Source: an uncultured bacterium (GTDB taxonomy: Bacteria > Patescibacteriota > Minisyncoccia > Phycocordibacterales > PALSA-1337). From it: DNA of 45,370 nt. Position 1 is the first letter of the stretch; every line of letters starts with the position of its first letter. Positions 1-8,543 of the stretch are shown in pieces. The stretch is from positions 1 through 45,370 of the forward strand of contig CAIKAN010000014.1 of assembly GCA_903825415.1 (NCBI GenBank). The letters are read 5' to 3'. The position numbers were made by a program, and so were the translations under genes. A model generated the notes under the pieces. That model was not told where the DNA came from. It worked only from the letters and a program-made list of their open reading frames with translations, and did no database searches.

Positions 1-7
1 AATTAAA

Positions 8-370
8 ATGGAAAAAGAAACTGGAAAAAATAACTCGTTTACTTTAGCATATACTTTTGCTGGCATACTTCTAACCATCTTTATTTGGTTTACAATCGCT
101 TTTTTACACGGTGAGTATGTGCAAAATAATATATCTTTTGTTTTATTTCTTATTATTGGTATACCACTATTTATCGTATCTCTTGGGGTTATTCCGTTAC
201 TAAGAAGACTCGCAAACATAAGAGCAAAAAGGCACAAAAAATGGCTTGAAGATATTTCCGGTAATCCTGATAAAATACGTAGCCTAAAATTAAAAAAGGT
301 GCTTTGGTGGTTTGTCGTTATCATCCTCTTCGTTATTGTCCCTATCCTGAGATTAATGGGTAAATTCTAA
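8..370 (+). CDS. Hypothetical membrane protein (about 3 TM)
   Basis: 120-aa ORF with three hydrophobic stretches; AT-rich. Confidence 0.7.
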   Translation: MEKETGKNNSFTLAYTFAGILLTIFIWFTIAFLHGEYVQNNISFVLFLIIGIPLFIVSLGVIPLLRRLANIRAKRHKKWLEDISGNPDKIRSLKLKKVLWWFVVIILFVIVPILRLMGKF

Positions 371-462
371 TTCAGAGATTTATAATTCCGTTCTAATATC
401 ATCCCACAGCGCGCACAGTGAGATAGTCATATCAAATAATTTAAGAGAGCCCTAACATAATC

Positions 463-1203
463 ATGTTTAGAGGGAACAAAAATATGCGTTATGTGCCACC
501 TTCTGTTATGGAAGAGTCGAAAAAGATATTGTCTGGATCGACGAAGGCTGTCGGCGTGCTTCTATTTATATCCGTAATCATTTTACATAGCTTATCGACA
601 TGGCTAAGTCCTATCGTAATATTAGGGGGATATCTATGGCTGGTCCCTCTAGCGCTCTTTCTTGTATTTGTGGTCATCATATCAAGCGGGTTGAGTAAGT
701 CTCTTAGAAACAAGCATACTGACATCAAAGCCGAATACAATAGATATGGAGATTCACAACTTTTCAACTTTGCAACGAGAAAGGGGGAGCTGCAGCTTTT
801 TGATATCAAGAAAACCATTCTGATGTGTGTAATCGTTCCGTTTTCTTTCGGGGGCTTGGTATTTGGAATATTGGCATTTCATCTCGTATTATTCAGAGGC
901 ATCACGCAGTTTCTGCCTCTGGGCCTTATAGCTTTAGTCGTTTGCGCTGGCGTGACATTTCTCTTTCTATTCGAAGATAAGCGCATTCTCAATGAGGCGA
1001 GAAGAAGAGAACAGTTTGTCGATATCGCACAGAAGAGGTGGATGCTATCAAAGATAATCTATATTCTGTTGATCCTGTCTTCTTTGGTGTGCGCTTTGAT
1101 ACTCATTATGGGAAATGAGAATTTTCTGACCAAGGGCGTATTGGAATCAAGTGGGCGCGTTGTTTACGATGGCAGAGATAATACTCCAAACGGAAGGCGA
1201 TAA
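463..1203 (+). CDS. Hypothetical multi-pass membrane protein; C-terminus encoded by copy 1 of a 102-bp repeat
   Basis: About 5 hydrophobic segments; start uncertain; 1071-1172 duplicated at 2118-2219. Confidence 0.6.
   Translation: MFRGNKNMRYVPPSVMEESKKILSGSTKAVGVLLFISVIILHSLSTWLSPIVILGGYLWLVPLALFLVFVVIISSGLSKSLRNKHTDIKAEYNRYGDSQLFNFATRKGELQLFDIKKTILMCVIVPFSFGGLVFGILAFHLVLFRGITQFLPLGLIALVVCAGVTFLFLFEDKRILNEARRREQFVDIAQKRWMLSKIIYILLILSSLVCALILIMGNENFLTKGVLESSGRVVYDGRDNTPNGRR
1071..1172 (+). repeat. 102-bp direct repeat, copy 1
   Basis: 9 differences from copy 2; central 47 bp identical. Confidence 0.95.
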
Positions 1204-1323
1204 ACTAGTTACGAAATATGACCGGTTGAATACTTGGCTGTCCCAGAGAGCAGGTATCATCTGAGCGCAACGACTGCTATGTTTGTCGTAGTAGTCTCCC
1301 TGCCGGCTCTGCCGGCCAATCTG

Positions 1324-1353
1324 AAAACCATCAGATACAACTTGGTGGTTTTT
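1324..1353 (+). terminator. Probable intrinsic terminator
   Basis: aaaaccatca...tggtggttttt stem with T tail. Confidence 0.5.
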
Positions 1354-1385
1354 GGGTTATGTGCAAACTATGATACAGTTTCAGC

Positions 1386-2096
1386 ATGAAAAACTCTCAA
1401 AAAGGATTCGCTGTGCCATTACTAATAGCAATAGCAGTGTTGTTGATAGCGGGTGGCGTGTATTATTTTAGTAGAAAGTCGCAAAATTCCGCGCAACAAA
1501 ATACAGATTCGACTGTTGCTGATGTGAAATCACTGCCAAATACAAATCCGGATCCTTCTGTAGCATCTAGTACTGGTGTTAACAAAAATGAAATTGATCG
1601 TTACAATCAAGCAATTGCCAATAGAAAAGCAGAGGAACAAGCGAACCCACCCCAAGGATACCTTGTTCCTTCTGGAATTCCTTCTGCATATAATCTAACA
1701 TCTTCGCGTTTTACTTCTTATTCAACATTCTGGATATATCACGCCCAGCTACCTGTTCGTTTGGGTAGCGTGAACACAACTACAGATGTGGTCCTCGGTT
1801 ATGATGAAACAAGTAAAGATACTTACGATAATTATGTAAAGAAAGCGGGCAACTACACATCTCTGGTTGAGATTACAAGAATCGTTAAGAATTTTAAATG
1901 GAATGGGTCGCAGGGCGCTGTATTGGGAACATTTGTAAATGAAAAGACCTACGAGATGGAGCCTCTCAAGGCGGGAGAATATTGGCTTGTTTATAATCAC
2001 CTAGGAAGATTGCTTCGAGTTCATAAAACTGGAGATACTGCTCTGACCCCGGATGTTCTGATCAGTCTGCTTGAAAAAATGACCCCAGCGAAATAG
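1386..2096 (+). CDS. Membrane-anchored/exported protein with type IV pilin-like (class III) leader
   Basis: N-terminus MKNSQKGF-AVPLLIAIAVLLIAGG, S/T/N-rich linker; TGn-TACAGT 6 nt upstream of ATG. Confidence 0.8.
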   Translation: MKNSQKGFAVPLLIAIAVLLIAGGVYYFSRKSQNSAQQNTDSTVADVKSLPNTNPDPSVASSTGVNKNEIDRYNQAIANRKAEEQANPPQGYLVPSGIPSAYNLTSSRFTSYSTFWIYHAQLPVRLGSVNTTTDVVLGYDETSKDTYDNYVKKAGNYTSLVEITRIVKNFKWNGSQGAVLGTFVNEKTYEMEPLKAGEYWLVYNHLGRLLRVHKTGDTALTPDVLISLLEKMTPAK

Positions 2097-2117
2097 CGAC
2101 AATATTCGCTTATTACA

Positions 2118-2219
2118 GATCCTGTCTTCATTGGTATGCGCTTCGATTCTCATTATGGGAAATGAGAATTTTCTGACCAAGGGCGTATTGGAATCGAATG
2201 GACGAGTGGTTTACGATGG
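2118..2219 (+). repeat. 102-bp direct repeat, copy 2 (orphan gene 3-prime end ...GVLESNGRVVYDGR-stop)
   Basis: Alignment with 1071-1172. Confidence 0.95.
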
Positions 2220-2274
2220 TCGTTGAGTTCAAGTCATTTACTGATCGATGTTTTAGGACTATACTTTCCTCATT

Positions 2275-2910
2275 ATGAATACATATTTCGTAAAGAGCTT
2301 TGAGGAAGATTTCACTACGAAGATGCTGATGGGGAAGAAGAAGAGATCTTTTCAGACGCTCGACGATATCCTCGCTACCAAGACTATCAAGCCGAATACG
2401 AAGAGCTTCGGCCAGAAGAAGCGCTTGAGCACCACTATCCTCCACAAGAATTATACGGAGACATATCGGCCGCAAGGCATCATATTCCAGACTTCTTCGA
2501 GCCCAAAATATATCTTGCCATTCGATCTAGTCCTGCTCTCAGACGCCAAAGAGATCGTTGTGCATTATTACCGGATCAAGGATAATCTGCATGTCTATTA
2601 TAATCACAAGCTCATCAAAGGATTTGAAGAATTCATCTTCAAAGATATTAGCTTGATGCTGAAAAGGTTCAATTCTCCGCAAAGCGCCTGGAAGGCGGTC
2701 AATGCATTCCGCAAGAAGAATGGCTATGAGCTTTTGCCGCGGTCCAAGCACCGCTTGGTAGAATATAATGAGGCGGTCTTTTTGAATCCCGTCAAGATAA
2801 AGCCGATCGCCCTATTTGGATACAGGAAGAAAGCCAGAACCCTCGCGAATAAATACGGCCTGAGATATTTCAAATCCGCGAAGGATTTCTATGAGCGGAC
2901 ATGCGGCTAG
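2275..2910 (+). CDS. Hypothetical basic protein
   Basis: 211-aa ORF, host-like codon usage, TATACT upstream. Confidence 0.75.
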   Translation: MNTYFVKSFEEDFTTKMLMGKKKRSFQTLDDILATKTIKPNTKSFGQKKRLSTTILHKNYTETYRPQGIIFQTSSSPKYILPFDLVLLSDAKEIVVHYYRIKDNLHVYYNHKLIKGFEEFIFKDISLMLKRFNSPQSAWKAVNAFRKKNGYELLPRSKHRLVEYNEAVFLNPVKIKPIALFGYRKKARTLANKYGLRYFKSAKDFYERTCG

Positions 2911-2952
2911 TCGTCGGTAGTATTCTTCTTATGGAGATGATAACATCTTTGC

Positions 2953-3522
2953 ATGAATGAGATGCCTCAGGAGCATGTCCTGAATGTCGATCCTCCGGAG
3001 TCGGAGGGCGTTTTGATTGGGGAAGAAGGCGTAGATAAAATAATCAAGGAAGTTTCTGCCAGGTTCGCTCCCTTTTTTGAGCAGATAAAGCAGATGAGAA
3101 TATCTAATTCTGACAGAGAAATCGGCGGCAAAATCGGAAAAGATGGTAGTTTAGTGCTCGCTGATGAATCACGATCAAATGAGAGTTCGGTCACTGGGGA
3201 ATCTCCTGAGAGGGAAAGAGAGATGGCGGATGAAGGCGTCTTATCTTTTCATACCCATACTGATCAGGGATTTACATCGGAATCAGGTTCAGATATTGTG
3301 GCAGCTTATTATCGATATTGTGAAGTATTCTTTCATAAAGATGGCGTAAGCTGCATTATCGCCTTGAAGAGATTGACTGTTGATGCGATTAGAAAAATAG
3401 ATCGGGAGGCTTGGAATCAAGCCTTGGGATATGCAGAAGAGAACGGTGATCCGGCCTATTGGTATTGGAAGGGAGCTTTAATGGATAGATTACCGGTAAG
3501 AGTTGTAAAGATTGATACATAG
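2953..3522 (+). CDS. Hypothetical protein with JAB/MPN-like metal motif
   Basis: REIGG ... SFHTH-x8-SGSD resembles the JAMM E...HxH...SxxD motif. Confidence 0.55.
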   Translation: MNEMPQEHVLNVDPPESEGVLIGEEGVDKIIKEVSARFAPFFEQIKQMRISNSDREIGGKIGKDGSLVLADESRSNESSVTGESPEREREMADEGVLSFHTHTDQGFTSESGSDIVAAYYRYCEVFFHKDGVSCIIALKRLTVDAIRKIDREAWNQALGYAEENGDPAYWYWKGALMDRLPVRVVKIDT

Positions 3523-3619
3523 AGGAAGCGGTGTCATCAGCTTAGATATCATTTGCCATAAACCTCGAAAGTTATGCTATAATCGCTCGGTATAGATTAC
3601 ACATTAATCATTTTTTTCT

Positions 3620-5035
3620 ATGAACCTAGGTAAAAAAACAAAGATAGTCTGCACGATCGGTCCAGCTTCGGAAAATAGGGAAAAGATGCTGGAACTGGTC
3701 AACTCTGGTATGAATGTCGTCAGATTGAATTTCTCACATGGCGATTTCGAAGAGCACGGCAAACGCGTGACCACTATCAGAGATATAATGAAAGAGACTG
3801 GCAAAAAGGTCGCTATCCTGCAGGATCTCTGCGGTCCAAAGATACGCATCGGAACATTCAAGGATGGTTTTGTTATGTTGTACGAAGGCAAGCAATTCAT
3901 CCTCACTACGGACGATGTTGAAGGCACCGTGGACAAAGTCCACGTCAATTATCCGGAATTACCGAAAGAAGTGAAGATCGGAGGCATGATCATGCTTCAT
4001 GACGGGCTGAAGAGGCTTCAAGTCGTGGATGTGAAAGGCAACGATATCATCACCAAGGTCATGGTCGGGGGGCGCCTAGCCAATCACAAGGGCGTCAATG
4101 TCCCAGGAGCCAATCTCTCTGTCAGCTCTCTCACCGATAAGGACAAGGCAGACGTGAAGTTCGGTATAAAGAACGAGGTGGATTTCGTCGCTCTGTCTTT
4201 TGTACGCAGAGCTGCGGACATAGTCGAGCTGCGTACGATCTTGCAGGCTGCGGGATCCAAGGCTCACATCATAGCCAAGATCGAGACCCCAGAAGCTCTC
4301 GATGATATAGACGCCATTATAGAAGTCTCTGACGCCATCATGGTGGCTCGAGGAGACCTTGCTATCGAGATACCAGCTGAAGAAGTCCCGCTGGTCCAGA
4401 AGATGATCATCCATAAATGCAATTCTATCGGCAAGCCAGTTATCACAGCGACACAGATGTTGGAGTCTATGGTCAAGAGCCCTGTGCCAACACGCGCTGA
4501 AGTGTCTGATGTCGCCAATGCCATCATAGACGGAACTGATGCGATCATGCTCTCTGAGGAGACGGCGTTGGGAGATTTCCCTGTAGAAGCGGTCAAGGTT
4601 ATGACTAAAGTCGCTCTCCGCATTGAAAAGGAAGTCTATACTCAAGATACTATCGCTGAATACAGCGAGGCTCACGATGTCACAGATGTGGTCTCGCAAT
4701 CTGCTGTCAGGACAGCTCACAGCATAGGAGCCAAGACTATAGTCGCCTTGACCCGCTCAGGCCGCACCGCGCGTCTCCTAGCAAGGTACCGTCCCGCTGA
4801 ATCTATCCTCGCATTCTCTGATGTACCAGAGAATGCCAATAAACTGATGCTCTCATTCGGATGCTATCCAATCGCCGCCCCAACGTTCACAAATGTCGAT
4901 GAGATCCTCCAGAATATCAGGAAGCTCATGCTCGAGAACAAACTAGCCAAGGAGGGTGATAAGGTTGTGATAGTGGGGGGTCAACCATTCAATAGATCAG
5001 CAGCGACCAATTTTATAGTCGTCGAGACTTTGTAG
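3620..5035 (+). CDS. pyk: Pyruvate kinase
   Basis: KTKIVCTIGPAS, RLNFSHG, IMVARGDLAIE, ATQMLESM, PTRAEVSDVANA. Confidence 0.98.
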   Translation: MNLGKKTKIVCTIGPASENREKMLELVNSGMNVVRLNFSHGDFEEHGKRVTTIRDIMKETGKKVAILQDLCGPKIRIGTFKDGFVMLYEGKQFILTTDDVEGTVDKVHVNYPELPKEVKIGGMIMLHDGLKRLQVVDVKGNDIITKVMVGGRLANHKGVNVPGANLSVSSLTDKDKADVKFGIKNEVDFVALSFVRRAADIVELRTILQAAGSKAHIIAKIETPEALDDIDAIIEVSDAIMVARGDLAIEIPAEEVPLVQKMIIHKCNSIGKPVITATQMLESMVKSPVPTRAEVSDVANAIIDGTDAIMLSEETALGDFPVEAVKVMTKVALRIEKEVYTQDTIAEYSEAHDVTDVVSQSAVRTAHSIGAKTIVALTRSGRTARLLARYRPAESILAFSDVPENANKLMLSFGCYPIAAPTFTNVDEILQNIRKLMLENKLAKEGDKVVIVGGQPFNRSAATNFIVVETL

Positions 5036-5100
5036 GACCTAGTTACCAGTGATTAGCCACTAGAATTCTGCTATTAGCGTTCACTAGTGGCTAATTCCTA
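5036..5100. repeat. Family B heptamer palindrome, copy 1
   Basis: TGATTAG CCACTAG ... CTAGTGG CTAATTC. Confidence 0.85.
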
Positions 5101-5108
5101 ACGATAGG

Positions 5109-5137
5109 TTGCATTTTATGGCCGATTCTGGTAATCT
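5109..5137 (+). promoter_or_regulatory. sigma70 promoter of rpsP (probably leaderless)
   Basis: TTGCAT-17-TAATCT with extended TG; ATG 7 nt downstream. Confidence 0.65.
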
Positions 5138-5144
5138 TTCTCGC

Positions 5145-5492
5145 ATGCTATCAATAAGACTTCAGCGCGTTGGACGCAAGCATGAGCCCTCTTTCAGGGT
5201 GGTTTTGACCGATTCTAAGAATGGCCCGAAAAGCGGCAAATATCTCAAGAATCTTGGCTGGTATGATACGCGCCTCAATAATAAGGTTGATCAGTTGGAT
5301 ATCGAACAGATCAAGCATTTCATGTCCAAAGGCGCCAAGCTATCTCTGACGCTTCACAATTTCCTAGTCGGCCAGAAGGCCATCACCGGCAAGAAGCTCA
5401 ATGCTTTGCCAAAGAAGACTCCGATCAAGAAAGAGGTTGTCGCAGAAGCTCCCAAGGCTGCGCCTGCACCCGCTGCCGCGCCAGCGAATTAA
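5145..5492 (+). CDS. rpsP: 30S ribosomal protein S16
   Basis: MLSIRLQRVGRKHEPSFRVVLTDS; start moved to ATG 5145. Confidence 0.97.
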   Translation: MLSIRLQRVGRKHEPSFRVVLTDSKNGPKSGKYLKNLGWYDTRLNNKVDQLDIEQIKHFMSKGAKLSLTLHNFLVGQKAITGKKLNALPKKTPIKKEVVAEAPKAAPAPAAAPAN

Positions 5493-5508
5493 TAACCTAG
5501 AATATAGC

Positions 5509-5689
5509 AAGCTTCATGGACTGCCGCATGGCTTTCCAAGCTCGAGGACGAGTCAATTCCTGGCACGACCGGCATTTTCCAAAGACAAAGGCCGTGCATG
5601 TCCGAGAGGCCTTTGGCTTTGTGAAAATGCGGAGTGCAAGGAAATGACCCCGCAGAGCGCGGAAAGCCATACGGCAGTCCATGAAGCTT
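5509..5689. repeat. 181-bp long palindromic element (F)
   Basis: 29-bp outer arms with 1 mismatch plus nested inner stems. Confidence 0.9.
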
Positions 5690-5772
5690 ACTGATGATTG
5701 ACTGAGTTCTCATATTTGCTACAATGTCGGAAGTACAGCGAACTGTACGATTATTATTTAGTCAGAAAAAAC

Positions 5773-6135
5773 ATGAACGCAGACCAACAGTTCCTCGAGT
5801 ATGTTATCAAGGCTTTAGTTGACAGTCCGGATCAGGTCAAGGTCGCTCGCACGGTAGATGAGATGGGCGTGCTCCTCACTCTGGAAGTGGGCGCTGCAGA
5901 TATGGGTAAGATCATCGGAAGACAGGGCAATACCGCGAAGTCCATCCGCACTCTTCTCCGTGTCGTAGGCATGAAGAACAATTCTCGCGTCAATCTCAAG
6001 ATCAATGAGCCTGTCGGAGGCCTCCGCTCCCCAGAGATGGTCGCAGCCGCCGGAGCAGCTGGTGCCGCTCCTATGAAGTCGGCAGAGAGGGCATCCAAGA
6101 GCGTCGATGAAGCGATGGCGGATCTCAAGCTCTAA
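5773..6135 (+). CDS. khpA: KH-domain RNA-binding protein KhpA/YlqC
   Basis: DMGKIIGRQGNTAKSIRTLL (GxxG KH motif); follows rpsP; start ATG 5773. Confidence 0.93.
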   Translation: MNADQQFLEYVIKALVDSPDQVKVARTVDEMGVLLTLEVGAADMGKIIGRQGNTAKSIRTLLRVVGMKNNSRVNLKINEPVGGLRSPEMVAAAGAAGAAPMKSAERASKSVDEAMADLKL

Positions 6136-6156
6136 TCCACTGAACAATTTTCTCAT

Positions 6157-6187
6157 AAAAAAGACTGGCAAAGGGCCGGTCTTTTTC
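6157..6187. terminator. Bidirectional intrinsic terminator
   Basis: aaaaaagactggc-aaagg-gccggtcttttt. Confidence 0.8.
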
Positions 6188-6212
6188 GTTCGCCAGTTCA
6201 GGGTTTACAGCT

Positions 6213-6241
6213 TTGACACGAATCGCGATATTTTGTATTAT
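6213..6241 (+). promoter_or_regulatory. sigma70 promoter of orphan 6264
   Basis: TTGACA-17-TATTAT; SD GGAAGGAG at about 6250. Confidence 0.75.
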
Positions 6242-6263
6242 GTAGCATTGGAAGGAGCTAGGA

Positions 6264-6725
6264 ATGAAAAACTTAATAAAAGTCCTTGTCCATAGCGGAA
6301 TCAATCAGGCCGAGGCAGTCGCCGGCCTTGAAGAAGTGCTCAGACCGTTCATAAGCGGTCTCACTGTTCTCTTTCTGTATCAATATAGAACAGAGTTCTC
6401 TGCGCTAGCATTCGAGCTTTCGAGGAGGCTCGGATCTGCTCCCGTGAGTTCCTATGAGAAGCTCACTGAGAAAGTGATAGAGGATAGGTGTCGGGAACTT
6501 TTCGAGGCAATTCAACAATTTGCCAAGAACAAAGCGGCTATCTTGTTTCTGATCGTCGAGCCTGGACTGGCTGGAGCTTTTGCTGAGTATCTCTTCAGAG
6601 CCGTATTTTCAGGAGATCCTCTGCCAGACCAGCCTCTGTTATTGAGTGCGGGAGATACAGTGCTCATCGATATGGAAAATAAGTCTTTGACAGTAATCGA
6701 GCTTCCAAATGCAATCCCTGCATAG
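6264..6725 (+). CDS. Orphan, possibly a degenerate SixA/histidine-phosphatase fold
   Basis: Pattern LIKVLVHSG...ILFLIVEPGL...LSAGDTVLID; catalytic RHG absent. Confidence 0.6.
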   Translation: MKNLIKVLVHSGINQAEAVAGLEEVLRPFISGLTVLFLYQYRTEFSALAFELSRRLGSAPVSSYEKLTEKVIEDRCRELFEAIQQFAKNKAAILFLIVEPGLAGAFAEYLFRAVFSGDPLPDQPLLLSAGDTVLIDMENKSLTVIELPNAIPA

Positions 6726-6840
6726 GTCGCTGAGGGCTATTTAAATAGCTTTTCAATCACGAAACTCTGTGGTATGGTGTGTGAGCACCATCCCGCAGAT
6801 TTTTTATTCTATGAAGGGGCAGGCAAATTACATAAGCTAC

Positions 6841-7566
6841 ATGATCACATTCCACATAATCACCTTATTTCCAGAAAGCTTCGAGTCATACTTGAATGCC
6901 TCTATCGTTAAGCGTGCCCAAGAAGACGGTTATATTGCATTGAAATATTACAATCCAAGAGACTTCACTATTCCTGGAAAGAAAGGGAGAGATATGACTT
7001 ATGCGGAAAGGAGAGTCGATAGTCGTCCCTATGGCGGCGGTCCAGGAATGATCATTGAAGCTTTGCCTGTTATCAGAGCTATCGATAAAGCCGTTGGGAG
7101 AAAACTTAAAGCTCAAAACGCAAAACTTAAAACCTCAGGAGCGATCACTGGAAAAAAGAATCAGAAAGTTAAGATCATATTCTTCAGCCCTTCTGGAGAG
7201 ATGTTCACAAACGGCGTCGCGGATTCTTTTAAGAGATATAAAGATATTGTCATGGTCTGCGGGCGCTATGAAGGGATAGATGCCAGGGTGAAGAAAGCAT
7301 TTCCGATGGTGGATATATCGATCGGGCCATATGTACTCACGGGAGGGGAATTGCCGGCTATGATAGTGATCGATGCTGTGACGAGGAGGATATCTGGAGT
7401 GCTTGGAGATAATCAATCCATTGAAGAGAATCGTACCGCATGTCCAGATGTTTATACTAGGCCGGAAGTCATTGAATTCAAAAAGAAGAAATACCATGTG
7501 CCGAAGATTCTCTTGTCTGGAGACCATGCGAAGATAGAAGAGTGGAAAAAGGGAAGAAAAATGTAG
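6841..7566 (+). CDS. trmD: tRNA (guanine-37-N1)-methyltransferase
   Basis: FHIITLFPE, PYGGGPGM, CGRYEGID, SIGPYVLTGGELPAM, LLSGDHAKI; start ATG 6841. Confidence 0.97.
   Translation: MITFHIITLFPESFESYLNASIVKRAQEDGYIALKYYNPRDFTIPGKKGRDMTYAERRVDSRPYGGGPGMIIEALPVIRAIDKAVGRKLKAQNAKLKTSGAITGKKNQKVKIIFFSPSGEMFTNGVADSFKRYKDIVMVCGRYEGIDARVKKAFPMVDISIGPYVLTGGELPAMIVIDAVTRRISGVLGDNQSIEENRTACPDVYTRPEVIEFKKKKYHVPKILLSGDHAKIEEWKKGRKM
7101..7135 (+). repeat. Five in-frame heptamers inside trmD
   Basis: AAAACTT AAAGCTC AAAACGC AAAACTT AAAACCT. Confidence 0.7.
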
Positions 7567-7641
7567 CAGGACATATTTATTTGTTCTTGTGGACTTGTGC
7601 GAATCATCTTGCGCGGTAAAATTATACCAGTGTGATAAATA

Positions 7642-8118
7642 ATGGAGCGCCACATTCATCGTCATGCCTGCCAAACAAAGAGTATGAGTACAAAAACAAT
7701 TATATCTCCAATGTATATGGACAATCATGTTACAAAGCAAGAGCTCAAGCAGGAATTCAATGATTTTGGAGCCAAAATCACTAAGATTTTTGCTACCAAA
7801 CAAGAGCTCAAGCAGGAATTCAATGATTTTGGAGCCAAAATCACTAAGATTTTTGCTACCAAACAAGAGCTCAAAGATTTCGAAATCAAAGTCGATAGGC
7901 GCTTTGATGTCGTAGATCGCAGATTTGATGAGCTTAGAGAGCGATTAAATGAAGATTACGAAAGGCATACAGGCATCATAGTCGAACAGATGAATCACAA
8001 TATTCAATTGGCCTTGGAACATATGACGGCTATGGTAGAGAAGAAAGCCGACAGAGAGGCAATGCTTGAGCGCTTTGCGGAGATAGACAAATGGGTGAAT
8101 AGTAGATATCGAAGATAG
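7642..8118 (+). CDS. Coiled-coil protein with ATKQEL repeats
   Basis: 21-aa repeat QELKQEFNDFGAKITKIFATK; VDRRFD heptads; true start probably downstream. Confidence 0.75.
   Translation: MERHIHRHACQTKSMSTKTIISPMYMDNHVTKQELKQEFNDFGAKITKIFATKQELKQEFNDFGAKITKIFATKQELKDFEIKVDRRFDVVDRRFDELRERLNEDYERHTGIIVEQMNHNIQLALEHMTAMVEKKADREAMLERFAEIDKWVNSRYRR
7738..7874 (+). repeat. 63-bp perfect tandem repeat, 2 copies plus 11 bp
   Basis: 7738-7800 identical to 7801-7863. Confidence 0.95.
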
Positions 8119-8131
8119 CACAATGTCAATA

Positions 8132-8159
8132 TTGACTATTCCTGTGCATTTGCTAGGGT
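8132..8159 (+). promoter_or_regulatory. Candidate rpoB promoter
   Basis: TTGACT-16-TAGGGT with extended TG. Confidence 0.5.
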
Positions 8160-8336
8160 TCTACCAACTTCGCAGATTGAGTTCTGCCCGACTAGCGGAG
8201 GATTACAAGGCTCCCAACTAATCCTACCCGTGCATATCATCACTTTTTAGTGATCAATTCGTGACTCCGTCCAAAAAACGGGCTTTTTGTGTGACCGATC
8301 GATATTAGGGAATTGAGTTAGGTTGAAGACGTAATT

Positions 8337-8477
8337 AATTTTCAATTTACAAATTCCAATTTACAATCAATTTGCAAGGTTCAAATTTTCAATTATCAAA
8401 CGTGTGGCGATGATTTGAAAATTAATTTATTGGAAATTGATAATTGATTGTAAATTGGAATTTGAAAATTGAAAATT
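8337..8477. repeat. Family A AT-rich heptamer inverted-repeat element, copy 1
   Basis: AATTTTC AATTTAC AAATTCC AATTTAC ... GTAAATT GGAATTT GAAAATT GAAAATT. Confidence 0.9.
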
Positions 8478-8543
8478 CGGCCCATGCAGTCAGATGAATA
8501 TATTAATAACCACACGTTTTATTATTAACTTTACAAAATTAAC

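Noticed and set aside
440-1365. Integron attC sites (GTTATGTGC at about 488 and 1356)
   Set aside because: No matching inverse core or attC-like fold-back, and no integrase
1071-2219. DGR template/variable repeat pair
   Set aside because: Length and 3-prime position fit, but only 5 of 9 differences have A in the putative template, most are synonymous third positions, and there is no reverse transcriptase in the window
5401-5713. ORFs 5401+, 5489-, 5497- and the 5-prime extension of khpA
   Set aside because: By-products of palindrome F; the same peptide (KLHGLP.GFP) appears on both strands
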